The position numbers and the translations under genes were made by a program. Shown piece after piece: positions 30,559 through 40,674 of a stretch of DNA of 64,000 nt; positions within the stretch are counted from its first letter, which is position 1; each line of letters begins with the position of its first letter. Under the pieces are notes generated by a model. It was not told the DNA's origin, searched no databases, and was given only the letters and a program-made list of their open reading frames with translations. Origin of the DNA: Leptolyngbyaceae cyanobacterium (GTDB lineage Bacteria > Cyanobacteriota > Cyanobacteriia > Phormidesmidales > Phormidesmidaceae); the NCBI GenBank assembly GCA_965263355.1, contig CBDHHL010000032.1, positions 1,792,001 through 1,856,000 on the forward strand, read 5' to 3'.

Positions 30559-32619
30559 TTAAACTGTCAGCCGCTTACCCTCAGCATCTAAGGTTTTGAC
30601 CAAAAACGCCCACTTGTCAGCGACTTCCTCAATAATTTTGGTTGTGGGTTTACCAGCTCCGTGGCCTGCCTTAGTCTCAATGCGAATCAAGACTGGGTTA
30701 TCGCCTTGATGGACAGCCTGGAGCGCGGCTGCAAACTTAAAACTGTGGGCGGGCACCACCCGATCATCATGGTCAGCTGTGGTAATCAGAGTGGATGGGT
30801 AGCTGGCCGAGGTGAGATTATGTAACGGAGAATAGGCATACAGCGCTTCAAACTCCTCAGGATTTTGGGGAGACCCATAGTCACTTTCCCAGGCCCAGCC
30901 AATGGTGAACTGATTAAATCGCAACATATCCATCACCCCTACGGCAGGCAGTGCTGCCGCAAATAGGTCAGGACGTTGAATTATGCAGGCACCCACCAGA
31001 AGACCGCCATTACTGCCGCCCATAATGGCCAAATTTTCCGGTGCGGTGTAATTGTTGTCAACTAACCACTCAGCTGCACCAATAAAATCATCAAATACAT
31101 TTTGCTTATTCAGCTTTGTTCCGGCCTGGTGCCAGGTTTCACCATATTCTCCCCCGCCGCGCAGGTTTGCCAACGCATAGATGCCGCCCATTTCTAGCCA
31201 CACTAGATTACTCACAGAGAAACTAGGCCTGAGGGAAATATTAAAACCACCGTAGCCATAGAGCAGTGTGGGGGTTTGACCATTGGGCGTTATACCCTTT
31301 TTGTGGGTGATAAACATGGGTACTTGGGTGCCGTCTTTGCTGGTGTAAAACACCTGCTGGGTTTCATATTGGCTTGGGTCAAATGCGACATCAGCATCAC
31401 GGAACAGACGTTGTTCTCCGGTCTCCAGGTTGTAGCGATAGATACGACTGGGAACTGTAAAACTAGAAAACCGATAAAACGTTTCCGTATCGTCTTTTTT
31501 ACCGTCAAACCCACCGGCTGAACCAATGCCCGGTAGTTCTACCGTTCTGAGGGGTTGCCCCGTCAAGTCAAAGATTTGAATGGTGGTGTAGGCATCCTTA
31601 AGATAGTTAGCCACAAACTGGTTGTTGATAAGACTCACGGAGTCCAGCGTTTCTTCAGCTTCTGGAATAATCTCCTTGGGTACCTTTTCCTGGGCTAAAT
31701 CTAGGGCAATAACTCGACCACGGGATGCGTCTAAATCTGTCTGAAACCAAAATGTAGTACCGTCATTATCAATCAACCTATAGGAGGCTTCAAACTCACT
31801 GATGAGTTCAACAACGTCACCATTGGGATCTTGCAGATCTTTATAAAAGATCAGATTTTTGCGCTCAGTGCTACGCCAAACTCCAATCATCAGATAACGG
31901 CCATCGTTGGTTACTCGCCCTTGAAATCCCCACTCCTTTTCATCCGGGCGTTCATAGATTAGCGTATCCTCTGACTGGGGAGTGCCCAGACGATGGTAGA
32001 AGAGTTTTTGGAAATAGTTAACTTCCTCAAACTGAGAATCAGTCGAGGGTTCGTCATAGCGATTATAGAAAAACCCCTGGTTGTCATGGCTCCAGGCAGC
32101 TCCCGAGAATTTACTCCACTTTAGGTGGTCAATGGTATCTACCCCAGCCTCAATCTCTCGCACCTTCCACTCCAGCCAGTCTGACCCTGAACTTGACAGA
32201 CTATAGGCCAGATAACGGCCATTTTCACTAACTGCAATATTTCTCAGAGCAACGGTACCGTCCTCTGACAGGGTGTTGGGGTCAAGCAACACCACCGGTT
32301 CTGCCTCCAGGGAGGGTTGTGTGTAAAGTACTGCCTGGTTTTGTAAACCGTCATTTTTATAGTAAAAGTAACGCCCACCCCGCTTAAACGGCACACTATA
32401 GCGCTCATAGTTCCACAGTTCCGTCAGCCGCTGTTTCAAAGGCTCAACCGCAGGTAGCTGACGCAAATATTCAAATGTAACCTCATTCTGTGCCTCAACC
32501 CAGGCCTTAGTCTCGTCAGAATTCGGATCTTCAAGCCAACGGTAGGGATCGGCCACGACAGTGCCATGGTACGTATCGGTTTGATCGCAGCGGCGGGTTT
32601 GGGGATATTGAAAGGGCAT
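30559..32619 (-). CDS. Prolyl oligopeptidase (S9A)
   Basis: DPYRWLED, GYGGF, GGSNGG (Ser), DDRV (Asp), GHG (His). Confidence 0.96.
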   Translation of the reverse strand: MPFQYPQTRRCDQTDTYHGTVVADPYRWLEDPNSDETKAWVEAQNEVTFEYLRQLPAVEPLKQRLTELWNYERYSVPFKRGGRYFYYKNDGLQNQAVLYTQPSLEAEPVVLLDPNTLSEDGTVALRNIAVSENGRYLAYSLSSSGSDWLEWKVREIEAGVDTIDHLKWSKFSGAAWSHDNQGFFYNRYDEPSTDSQFEEVNYFQKLFYHRLGTPQSEDTLIYERPDEKEWGFQGRVTNDGRYLMIGVWRSTERKNLIFYKDLQDPNGDVVELISEFEASYRLIDNDGTTFWFQTDLDASRGRVIALDLAQEKVPKEIIPEAEETLDSVSLINNQFVANYLKDAYTTIQIFDLTGQPLRTVELPGIGSAGGFDGKKDDTETFYRFSSFTVPSRIYRYNLETGEQRLFRDADVAFDPSQYETQQVFYTSKDGTQVPMFITHKKGITPNGQTPTLLYGYGGFNISLRPSFSVSNLVWLEMGGIYALANLRGGGEYGETWHQAGTKLNKQNVFDDFIGAAEWLVDNNYTAPENLAIMGGSNGGLLVGACIIQRPDLFAAALPAVGVMDMLRFNQFTIGWAWESDYGSPQNPEEFEALYAYSPLHNLTSASYPSTLITTADHDDRVVPAHSFKFAAALQAVHQGDNPVLIRIETKAGHGAGKPTTKIIEEVADKWAFLVKTLDAEGKRLTV

Positions 32620-32695
32620 GGGGGACGAAGGTGAGGGGGGATTAGGCTTTCTTGGGGTAGTTTAGCGTTTTCAGGATGAATTGCGATCGCACCCC

Positions 32696-34198
32696 CTAAC
32701 TTCCTACCCCCTGCATCAACGCTTTCAGTCGCTGCAAACGCCGCCGCAGTACCATGAGTAGAGCCGCTAAAACGATACCTTGTAAGGCTATCCCCAAACA
32801 AACCGCCATGAAAAATCTAGCTTGAGAAACAGCATGAAATGGATAGCCAAAGAATGTGCGATAAGCCAACCAAACGGGATTTAGAGGAGTCCCATTCTGA
32901 AAGATAAACAAAATACTCAACGGCACAATAATCAGCAGTAGTATGGTGCCTGCCGACCAAAGGGCTGGATTCCGCACCTGGGTGGTAAAGATAATTTGGG
33001 TTAGAGCAGCATAAATCAACCAACTTAAAACAACACTTATGGGGATTACTAACAAATGATCCAGGGGTAATACTGTCTGATCCTCCAGGAGTAACAATGG
33101 CACTATCAATAAACCGGCAATCAAAATATTGACCCCCACGGCGGTAAATGCTGGACTCTTATCAGCCCAAAGCCGGGTAGCTAGATTGGTTTTGGGATAA
33201 GTTAGCCAATCAAATAGCTGTTGACGGTGAGGCATCAGGGCCAATAATAACAACAGTATTAAGCCAAAATTGACCCCATACAGCACGATGGCACCGAGAA
33301 ATGATTCCCAATCTTGCGCAGCGTTCTGATGTTGGAAAAATCCCCAAATAAGTACGTTGATATAGGCCGTTAGCATATAGCTCAACCGTTTACTAATCAA
33401 TGTGGTTTTAGGCTGATGGAAGAGCCGCTCTAGCATGCACCACACTAAGCTAATCGTAATCAGCAGATTAACCAGAGTAAAGCCATAGGCCAAAAAGCTA
33501 TTGTCAATCAAATTGATATATAGCCACTGGACGGATGTAAATGGAGTGTCTCCATTAAACAGTCGGGAAACATCAGCCACGTTTCGCCAGCTAACCCCTA
33601 TATTCCAAAACATAAACATGGGGGCAAACAAAAATAGGCTAAGACCTGAAAAGGCAATGGCTGTAGACGTTTTCTGGGCCTGTAGCTTACGGGTGATGCC
33701 GGCTAAAAGCGCAAGGCTAAAACATAAACCTGTAGCCATTGCCAATAAGCTGTAATAGCTCAGAAGAAAGCTAAAGGGTATTTCTATTTGAATCAGCGAC
33801 AAAACATGCAAAGGAACGACTGAGAGGACAACCAGATAGGGGACAATGGGAACACCTAAGAGTTTTCCTAAGAGAATTTCTCTGGCAGGTCGTGGACTCA
33901 GGCGAATAAAATTCAGGGTGCCTTTCTTCTCTTCTTGGGCCAGGTCACTCACTATGTAGTAGCCGCCAATAATAAACAGAAAATAGGGAAGGGTCCAGGT
34001 AAAAAAGCGGGCAATATCAAGCCATGGGTTAGCAAATTCGGGAAACGTTTGAGCGTTTTGAAACGATAGGAAGCAAAGCAAGATTTGAAATATGGCCGAT
34101 ATGCCCAACGTCGCTATTACCGTCCGTGGTTTAAGATGGCCGCGACACTCTCGCAAAAATTGAGGATTCCAAATGCCAATTTGATTGATCCAGTTCAT
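32696..34198 (-). CDS. ABC-2 type transporter permease
   Basis: WNPQFLRE, 'EEKKGTLNFIRLSP..ILLGKLLG', many TM segments; downstream of an ATPase gene. Confidence 0.8.
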   Translation of the reverse strand: MNWINQIGIWNPQFLRECRGHLKPRTVIATLGISAIFQILLCFLSFQNAQTFPEFANPWLDIARFFTWTLPYFLFIIGGYYIVSDLAQEEKKGTLNFIRLSPRPAREILLGKLLGVPIVPYLVVLSVVPLHVLSLIQIEIPFSFLLSYYSLLAMATGLCFSLALLAGITRKLQAQKTSTAIAFSGLSLFLFAPMFMFWNIGVSWRNVADVSRLFNGDTPFTSVQWLYINLIDNSFLAYGFTLVNLLITISLVWCMLERLFHQPKTTLISKRLSYMLTAYINVLIWGFFQHQNAAQDWESFLGAIVLYGVNFGLILLLLLALMPHRQQLFDWLTYPKTNLATRLWADKSPAFTAVGVNILIAGLLIVPLLLLEDQTVLPLDHLLVIPISVVLSWLIYAALTQIIFTTQVRNPALWSAGTILLLIIVPLSILFIFQNGTPLNPVWLAYRTFFGYPFHAVSQARFFMAVCLGIALQGIVLAALLMVLRRRLQRLKALMQGVGS

Positions 34199-34269
34199 GG
34201 TGAGTGGGAAATGAGGGATAGGTTGTAGGGCGGGCATAGCCCACCATCCTGGCACCGTTGTGATTCACC

Positions 34270-35250
34270 CTAAGCAGTGCGTTGATGGCCAGAGCGAATA
34301 AAAATATCTTCCAGGGTCTCTTGGGTACGATAAAATTCTGTAATGGCAAAGCCTTCGGAGACTAACTGACGCAGCAGATCAGCAGCGGCCTGGGCATCCT
34401 GTGTAAATTGAATGGCTAGCTGATTGTTATCCAGTGGTTTTACAGGGATAGTTTGAGCATCCAGGTAGCGCGCCAGCCCATCAATATTTTCTACCACCGA
34501 AATCAGTAACTGTTGTGTGGCAGGTTCATACAAGCTATGTAATTGACCACTTTGGACCAGACGGCCCTGCTCCATAATACCAATGGCGGTACAAAAGTCT
34601 TCTAAATCACTGAGAATATGGGACGAAATTAAAATGGTAATTCCGTCTTGCTGCAGGGTTTTAATGGTTTGACGATACTCAATCCGGGCGATGGGGTCCA
34701 GGCCAGAAACGGGTTCATCTAAAAGTAATAGGGTGGGTTTATGCAGCACAGTACGAGCCAAGCTGAGTCGCTGTTTCATTCCCCGTGACAGTTTACTAAT
34801 CAGCGCCCGACGTTTGTTTTCTAAACTGACTAATGCCAATACGTCGGTAATGCGTTGCTGCAGTGCAGTTCCTTGAAGATAATACAGTTGGCCAAAGTAC
34901 TGTAGATATTCGTCAACGGTGAGATCGTCGTAGAGGGGGAAATCATCAGGGAGTAACCCCAGTTGATGCTTAATCTGAGCATTGGGATGGCCCCGCTTGA
35001 GGAGTTTGCCACCAATTAAAATTTCTCCGGTGGTTGGTTCCTCAGCCGTAGCCAGTAAACGAATCAGAGTTGTTTTACCCGCACCGTTAGGGCCAATCAG
35101 TCCATAAACTTCGCCAGCAGCAATAGCCAGGTCAACATTGTCAACGGCGACATGGCGATCAAACTGTTTTGTTAGCCCTCGGGTTTCTACCACGAGAGGT
35201 GGCGAAGCAGCAGGGGACGGGTCTTGAGATAGAGACAAAACTTCAGGCAT
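34270..35250 (-). CDS. ABC-2 type transporter ATP-binding protein
   Basis: GPNGAGKTT, LSRGMKQR, LDEPVSGLDP, SSHIL. Confidence 0.93.
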   Translation of the reverse strand: MPEVLSLSQDPSPAASPPLVVETRGLTKQFDRHVAVDNVDLAIAAGEVYGLIGPNGAGKTTLIRLLATAEEPTTGEILIGGKLLKRGHPNAQIKHQLGLLPDDFPLYDDLTVDEYLQYFGQLYYLQGTALQQRITDVLALVSLENKRRALISKLSRGMKQRLSLARTVLHKPTLLLLDEPVSGLDPIARIEYRQTIKTLQQDGITILISSHILSDLEDFCTAIGIMEQGRLVQSGQLHSLYEPATQQLLISVVENIDGLARYLDAQTIPVKPLDNNQLAIQFTQDAQAAADLLRQLVSEGFAITEFYRTQETLEDIFIRSGHQRTA

Positions 35251-35427
35251 ACCGTCACTGGATAAATAAAACTGAGCAGATTGCTGAACACATCGCTTTT
35301 GTAGCTTAAGGGGCCTAGCGATCGCAATTATCGTTAACTATGGGCACCGATCGATAAAATTAGCAGTCGTAGCATAGACTAAGACCTCGTTAGACAACAG
35401 GTGTTTACGGTTACATTTAGTAGCCGG

Positions 35428-36714
35428 TTAATGATTCGTTTCAATTCGGTTTAATGCATCGGCGGGTAGCGTCTCCAGAATCAGCTGGGCAAAGCGGCCA
35501 GCTGCCCCCGATGGACCACGCAGTTGACGGAGGGTTTTGCTCATGGCTTGCAGTTGTTCGGGATGATCGAGGTAAGTGGAGATGCGATCGCACACCTCTG
35601 CTGCCGTAATCCGTCCCAGCAGCTCCGGGACCACTTCCTGTCTGGCCCAAATATTCGGCCAGGCAAAACGCTTCTGATTTCGCTGGATATACTGAACAGC
35701 CACAGTATTGATCACTTTAGTGAGCGCAGTACCCACTATGGGTAGCTGACATAGTAACCCCCAAAAACCATCCCAGGTGCGCATAACATCTAGCTGCTGG
35801 GTGGGTAGCAGCACCACCATGGGGACAGCCAGGGAACCGAGCTGGGCGGTATTGGCCCCAACGGTGGTAACGCAGAGAGTGCAGCGTTTAAGCAAACCAT
35901 GGGCAGGAAAATCAGTCCACAGACTGACCTTGGGACCGTCTTTGATTTGGAAGTAGGGCAGGCCGTTATCGGGAGTGATCAGCTGGGCCTCGGGACCGTG
36001 CATCACGTCGACAGTGGCGTTTTGGTTGGGGTCGGCATATTTGGCCAGGATTTCTGGCGTGACGGTGGGGGCAACGGGGATGATGAATTCTATTTGGGGA
36101 TGGGTTTGGTGGAGATGGTGTGCGATCGCCAGGGACAACGGCACCCCCGGTCTCAACTTATCGGGCTTAGACCCCGGCAGCAGCCCAATCACCTGGGTAT
36201 CGGTGGCAAAGGGCAGCTCAGTACTGGCAACAGACTCCACATCCGCCATCAGGTCCCCTACCACCGTTAGTTTGGACTGATACTTAGCAGCAATGTTCTT
36301 TGTACTGTCCCCCTGCATCATGCCAAAGCTGTCCACCCAGTTCAGCCAGCGCGGTTCCCATTCAGCGTAGACTGTCGTGCGATAGCCCAAGCGCTTGGCC
36401 GCCCACACTGCATAGAGCTGGTCGCCACCGAGAAAGACCACCACACCCCGGCTATACCAGTTCCAGTTGTCGGCAGTGTTGCCCGATAAAAGAAATTTGA
36501 AAAAATCCCCTGGCCCTTGAACCCTATCTACTTCTGGATAGGACCTTAGGGAATCCGTTTCACCACCGGATGCATGGGGACAGGGGGACAGCATTACCGA
36601 TAAGCGCAGTTTGCTGTGGTCTGGCTCCTGTTTGCGGAGTTGCTGCACCACAGGTTTGACCCAGGTGGAGACCTCTCCGGGGCCGTTGGTCAAAATTAGG
36701 ACATCTACCGCCAT
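35428..36714 (-). CDS. Lipid-A-disaccharide synthase-related glycosyltransferase (LpxB-like)
   Basis: TNGPGE, FLGGDQ, VGDLM, LLPGSK, GANTAQL, WPNIWA..VVPEL. Confidence 0.8.
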   Translation of the reverse strand: MAVDVLILTNGPGEVSTWVKPVVQQLRKQEPDHSKLRLSVMLSPCPHASGGETDSLRSYPEVDRVQGPGDFFKFLLSGNTADNWNWYSRGVVVFLGGDQLYAVWAAKRLGYRTTVYAEWEPRWLNWVDSFGMMQGDSTKNIAAKYQSKLTVVGDLMADVESVASTELPFATDTQVIGLLPGSKPDKLRPGVPLSLAIAHHLHQTHPQIEFIIPVAPTVTPEILAKYADPNQNATVDVMHGPEAQLITPDNGLPYFQIKDGPKVSLWTDFPAHGLLKRCTLCVTTVGANTAQLGSLAVPMVVLLPTQQLDVMRTWDGFWGLLCQLPIVGTALTKVINTVAVQYIQRNQKRFAWPNIWARQEVVPELLGRITAAEVCDRISTYLDHPEQLQAMSKTLRQLRGPSGAAGRFAQLILETLPADALNRIETNH

Positions 36715-36831
36715 TGGCTGATGGGGGCCCGAGATATTGTCATGGCTACAGTATCATGGGACCCCATACGGGGAATATAGCCGCATCGTGCCTGAGAGAC
36801 CTGTGAACGCTGTCTATTGGTTCATTTCTAC

Positions 36832-37152
36832 TTAGTTTGCGTTCCTTTGGCCTGTATTCCCTTGGCCTGTATCATCTTGGTCTCCATTCCCTTGGCCTGC
36901 GTTCCTTTGGTCTGTATCCCCCCCTTGGCCGGCATTCCTTTGGCCTGAGTTGGCTTGGCTTACCTCAATAGGGATATCCCTGGGCTGCATCACATATACA
37001 AAGCCATCAGCCATCGACGGGTCATCTTGGATAGTCTGAATTCGCAGACTATCATTAATTTGGGCAGTCGCCGCCGAATTACCAGCTGCTACAAGCAGTG
37101 AACCCACAACCAAAGCCCCTAGGGACTTAGACAAATAAGACACAGTTACCAT
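36832..37152 (-). CDS. Small secreted protein with Gln/Asn/Gly-rich C-terminal repeats
   Basis: Signal peptide (..NSAATA-Q); tail SGQRNAGQGGDTDQRNAGQGNGDQDDTGQGNTGQRNAN. Confidence 0.65.
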   Translation of the reverse strand: MVTVSYLSKSLGALVVGSLLVAAGNSAATAQINDSLRIQTIQDDPSMADGFVYVMQPRDIPIEVSQANSGQRNAGQGGDTDQRNAGQGNGDQDDTGQGNTGQRNAN

Positions 37153-37333
37153 GATGATTAGAACCTAAGTTAGCGCAACATAAGAAACAAACGTTTAACC
37201 GGTTATCAAGAAGTATGACAGCCCGTATTACATAGCTCATGCTTGAGCCTTACCACATATTCACTTTTTCGTAATAACGAACAAGCTTCAGCCATAACCT
37301 TAGGACATTTCTGGGAAAGAAGCTACCAGTTAT

Positions 37334-37467
37334 CTAGTGCAGCGTCAAAGCTAAAAATTCGGGTTGGTTACTGATGAAGAGTGAAGGGTAAAGCATGACT
37401 CTTCATCCCTTTAGACTCTTTACTCTTTACAGTCTTACCCGAAATCTTAGGCTTGACAGACCACTAG
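37334..37467. mobile_element. MITE-like element family A, complete 134-bp copy
   Basis: Imperfect terminal inverted repeats CTAGTGcagcGTCAAaGCTAAaaaTTCGGG / CCCGAAatcTTAGgcTTGACagacCACTAG; second copy at 2630..2753. Confidence 0.7.
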
Positions 37468-37664
37468 GCCCCGTTCGGCCAAACTCACGTCGAAGCTAAA
37501 ACCCTAAAATTGGGGCTCGGTCGCTAGGGGTATGGTGTCAGCTTGTTGGGGCTGCCAATGCGGTACCGCCTAGTAATTTCCACATAGGTCGTTGCTTTGG
37601 TCATGCCTATTTCGCTCAAAAGCGTTAGTCTATAATCGTTAAATTTCACATTTGCATTGTCATC

Positions 37665-38468
37665 GTGACCCAGCCCGCCGCCCTCCGTGATTTGTTAACT
37701 GCTGTTGCCCAGGGGCAGATAAGCCCAGATACGGCCTTTGGTAAGCTCAAGCATCTGGACTATCAGCCCGTTGAGGACTTTGCCAAAATTGACCATCATC
37801 GGCAGCTCCGTACAGGGTTTCCAGAGGTAATCTGGGGTCAGGATAAGACAGTGGAGCAGCTGGTTAAAATTTTTCAGGCGATGGAGCTGGAAAATCCGGT
37901 CGTAATGGCAACGCGGATAGCCCCTGAAGTATACGGACAGCTACAAAAATTGTTGCCAAATTTACGGTATTACGAAACAGCTCGCATTTGTGCGTTGCAG
38001 CCGAATAGTGTGGCAACAGACTATCCAGGAACAATTGCCATTCTCACGGCGGGGACGGCGGATCTGCCGGTGGCGGCAGAAGCAGCGGTGACGCTAGAAC
38101 TATCTGGTTTTCAAGTGACGCGACTGTGGGACGTAGGCGTGGCAGGCATTCACCGACTGTTAAACAATCGAGCGGTGATTGATAATGCCGATGTGTTGAT
38201 TGTTGTTGCTGGTATGGAGGGGGCATTGCCCAGTGTTGTTGCTGGGTTGGCAGACTGTCCGGTGATTGCGGTGCCGACGAGTGTGGGCTATGGGGCTAGC
38301 TTTGGTGGCGTGTCGGCATTGTTGACAATGTTGAATTCTTGCGCAGCAGGGATTGGGGTGATGAATATTGACAACGGATTTGGGGCCGCGATTTTAGCCG
38401 GACAAATTATCAGAACAGCAGCCCGTTTAGGATCATCAAGGAATCAACAATCAAACATGATTTCTTAG
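37665..38468 (+). CDS. larB: LarB/CpmA family protein (AIR-carboxylase-like; circadian phase modifier)
   Basis: DHHRQLRTGFPEVIWG, AGTADLPVA, DVGVAGIHRL, AGMEGALPSV, PTSVGYG, NIDNGFGAA. Confidence 0.92.
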   Translation: MTQPAALRDLLTAVAQGQISPDTAFGKLKHLDYQPVEDFAKIDHHRQLRTGFPEVIWGQDKTVEQLVKIFQAMELENPVVMATRIAPEVYGQLQKLLPNLRYYETARICALQPNSVATDYPGTIAILTAGTADLPVAAEAAVTLELSGFQVTRLWDVGVAGIHRLLNNRAVIDNADVLIVVAGMEGALPSVVAGLADCPVIAVPTSVGYGASFGGVSALLTMLNSCAAGIGVMNIDNGFGAAILAGQIIRTAARLGSSRNQQSNMIS

Positions 38469-38609
38469 AAAAGACGGTGCAACTGACCAAATAGCATTTT
38501 CTTTACTAAATTCACTACAGACTTTATTGTTGCTTTGCCTAGACCCCGTGGCAATACAGTTAAATATACTTACGGGACAGAACAGATGTGCTGACACACT
38601 GTTAAAGGC

Positions 38610-38737
38610 TATTGCCAAAGCTAAAAATTAGAGTATGTAGAGTATGCATCGAAGTAATCAGGGCATATGAGCTTTCCCTTTTCTTTTCTCCATTGCCCAA
38701 GTATTCACTAGAAAACGTAGCTTTGACAGACCACTAG
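38610..38737. repeat. Family A-related MITE copy with a different interior
   Basis: CAAAGCTAAAAATT left motif and CTTTGACAGACCACTAG right end. Confidence 0.55.
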
Positions 38738-38963
38738 GTACTTAAGTCCTCATTAGTGGGTGACTATCTTGCTCAATTGCCAAGGATAAAAACATCCTTG
38801 AAAGCAATAGATTATCAGCGTGGACAGGCAAATACCTCAATGTATCTACTATCCAGATTAGGGCCTGTCTGTCTTTAACAGATTTTCCATAGCAAATACC
38901 CAGTCAGGTGATGTTAGTACGTCATCACAAGTGTTTTTAAAGTTTTTTACGGCAGGAGATTCT

Positions 38964-39842
38964 ATGAACCGATATTTAGGTAAACCCTCTTGGTTGTTGA
39001 TGGCTTCTGTAACATCAGGAGTGCTTGCGATCGCAACACCCAGTCAGGCCGCTAGTTTTGCATTTTCGGAAAGCTTATTAGAAGTTGTTTTTGGCCAAGA
39101 GTTCACGGGTAGCGAAGCAGATACGGATGCCGATACATTTGCCATTGCAGATGACGGTGACGTATCAGTGGACGCATTTGCAGACGCCACTATCTTTAAT
39201 GATGCCTCTGGGTTATCTACATGTCTATTTGGCTTAGGTGCTCCCGGTGCTTGCAATGTCGCTCTCAGCGAAGCAATTGGTGATGATGGCAACAACTATT
39301 TTGGCATCGGTGAGAGCACAGCCGAAGTCATTGGTGACTTCTTTGTAGCATCAGGCAACAACTTTAGTTTTGATTTCATTGCTTCACTACTGCTCGAAAC
39401 CAATATTGACCGTCCTGATGTGGAAAGTGCCCAGGCTACTGGAGAGGTCTCATTTGCAATCTTTGGAAGCAGCCAAGCAGAGTCTCTCTCACTTCTAGAT
39501 ACCTTCACACTAGCAGGACAGCTATCAACATTGAGTGAAGACGATAGCCTGACCGAGCCACAAACCAGTAACACATTCGCATTTAATACATTCATTAATA
39601 CCTCCTTTGGAGGACAAAATGAGTTTGTTGATGCTTTGGCGGAAGGCTCCTATAGCCGTACCTTTGACAGTGACACATACTTACAACTGGTGGAAGTAAA
39701 AACCAGTTCTGCTTGTGTAACGACAACGGATAGTGGCCAAAACTGTAACCAGTCAATTCCAGAACCCACTAGTCTACTAGCTTTAATTGCACCACTCTTA
39801 GGCCTAACTGGCATCTCTTTACAAAAAAGAACAAGTCGATAG
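38964..39842 (+). CDS. PEP-CTERM sorting-domain surface protein
   Basis: Signal peptide (ATPSQA-A), acidic Ser/Thr/Ala-rich body, C-terminal IPEPT + hydrophobic helix + KRTSR; AGGAG RBS. Confidence 0.88.
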   Translation: MNRYLGKPSWLLMASVTSGVLAIATPSQAASFAFSESLLEVVFGQEFTGSEADTDADTFAIADDGDVSVDAFADATIFNDASGLSTCLFGLGAPGACNVALSEAIGDDGNNYFGIGESTAEVIGDFFVASGNNFSFDFIASLLLETNIDRPDVESAQATGEVSFAIFGSSQAESLSLLDTFTLAGQLSTLSEDDSLTEPQTSNTFAFNTFINTSFGGQNEFVDALAEGSYSRTFDSDTYLQLVEVKTSSACVTTTDSGQNCNQSIPEPTSLLALIAPLLGLTGISLQKRTSR

Positions 39843-39892
39843 TCTGAAAAGATTGCGTCTAAGGTCAGCATTTTCTCCTTCTAAGGCTATCT

Positions 39893-39932
39893 ACTGAAGC
39901 CTCCTTTGATATCCATCAAGGGAGGCTTCAGT
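39893..39932 (+). terminator. Intrinsic terminator
   Basis: ACTGAAGCCTCCtTTGAT-atcc-ATCAAgGGAGGCTTCAGT followed by TTT. Confidence 0.75.
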
Positions 39933-40014
39933 TTTAATATCTTGTGTCAAGAGTAGGGGCTTGTGCCTGATTTTCTGTCGATCCCTTAGCTATCCCAAAT
40001 TCATCCAGAAATCT

Positions 40015-40026
40015 GCCAAAATGGCC
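40015..40026 (+). promoter_or_regulatory. Conserved GCCAAAATGGCC upstream motif (also 40515, 40582, and 43140 on the minus strand)
   Basis: Exact or 1-mismatch copies upstream of both precursor genes and of the foldase gene. Confidence 0.45.
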
Positions 40027-40106
40027 ACCCTCCTCCTAACGAATTGCCTATCTTTATCTCAAGAGCAACAAAAGTTGCTTAAAACACTTTCTAGGAGAGT
40101 TTCAAA

Positions 40107-40322
40107 ATGATTATCAACAATTTAAGCTATCTGGGCGACGTTGCTGACGATACAGCTATCTCTGGTGGTTACTATTACTACCATCCATATAATAGCGCGA
40201 ATGCAAGTGCTTCAGCTGTTGCTCTTGGCTACAATACCAACACCAACACCTATACAAGTGCATCAGTGATTCAAGGCTATCGCTCCTCATCTTATTCCAG
40301 TTCTAACGCCAGTACTAGCTAG
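40107..40322 (+). CDS. Double-glycine-leader secreted peptide precursor 1
   Basis: AGGAG RBS; leader MIINNLSYLGDVADDTAISGG; Tyr/Ser/Ala/Thr/Asn-rich 50-aa core; near a C39 exporter. Confidence 0.88.
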   Translation: MIINNLSYLGDVADDTAISGGYYYYHPYNSANASASAVALGYNTNTNTYTSASVIQGYRSSSYSSSNASTS

Positions 40323-40425
40323 CCCACAGTCATAGGTAACATTAAATTCTTCAAGAATGGCTCAAGAGACCACGTATAAGTGGTCTTTCAGTCATTCTTC
40401 TATCTGAATTTCCTTAGAACATGGC

Positions 40426-40474
40426 CACTGAATTCCCGTTCAAGATCTTTATGATCCTGGACGGGAATTCAGTG
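40426..40474 (+). terminator. Long hairpin / terminator after precursor 1 (second hairpin at 40353..40399)
   Basis: CACTGAATTCCCGT...ACGGGAATTCAGTG followed by TTT. Confidence 0.6.
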
Positions 40475-40674
40475 TTTAAATAGATAATAAAAAATAAAAT
40501 TCATCCAAGAATCTGCCAAAATAGCCACATTTCTCTTAGGAATTGATCAGTCAGCGAAATTCGAAATTCATCCAAGAATCTGCCAAAATGGCCACATTTC
40601 TCCTGATAAATTGCCTATCTTTATTTCAGGAGCAACAAAGAGTTGCTTAAAACACTTTCTAGGAGAGTTTCAAA

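Noticed and set aside
30559..35250. Prolyl oligopeptidase plus ABC-2 transporter as part of the peptide system
   Set aside because: Ordinary widespread genes, separated from the cluster by unrelated housekeeping genes; no precursor adjacent.
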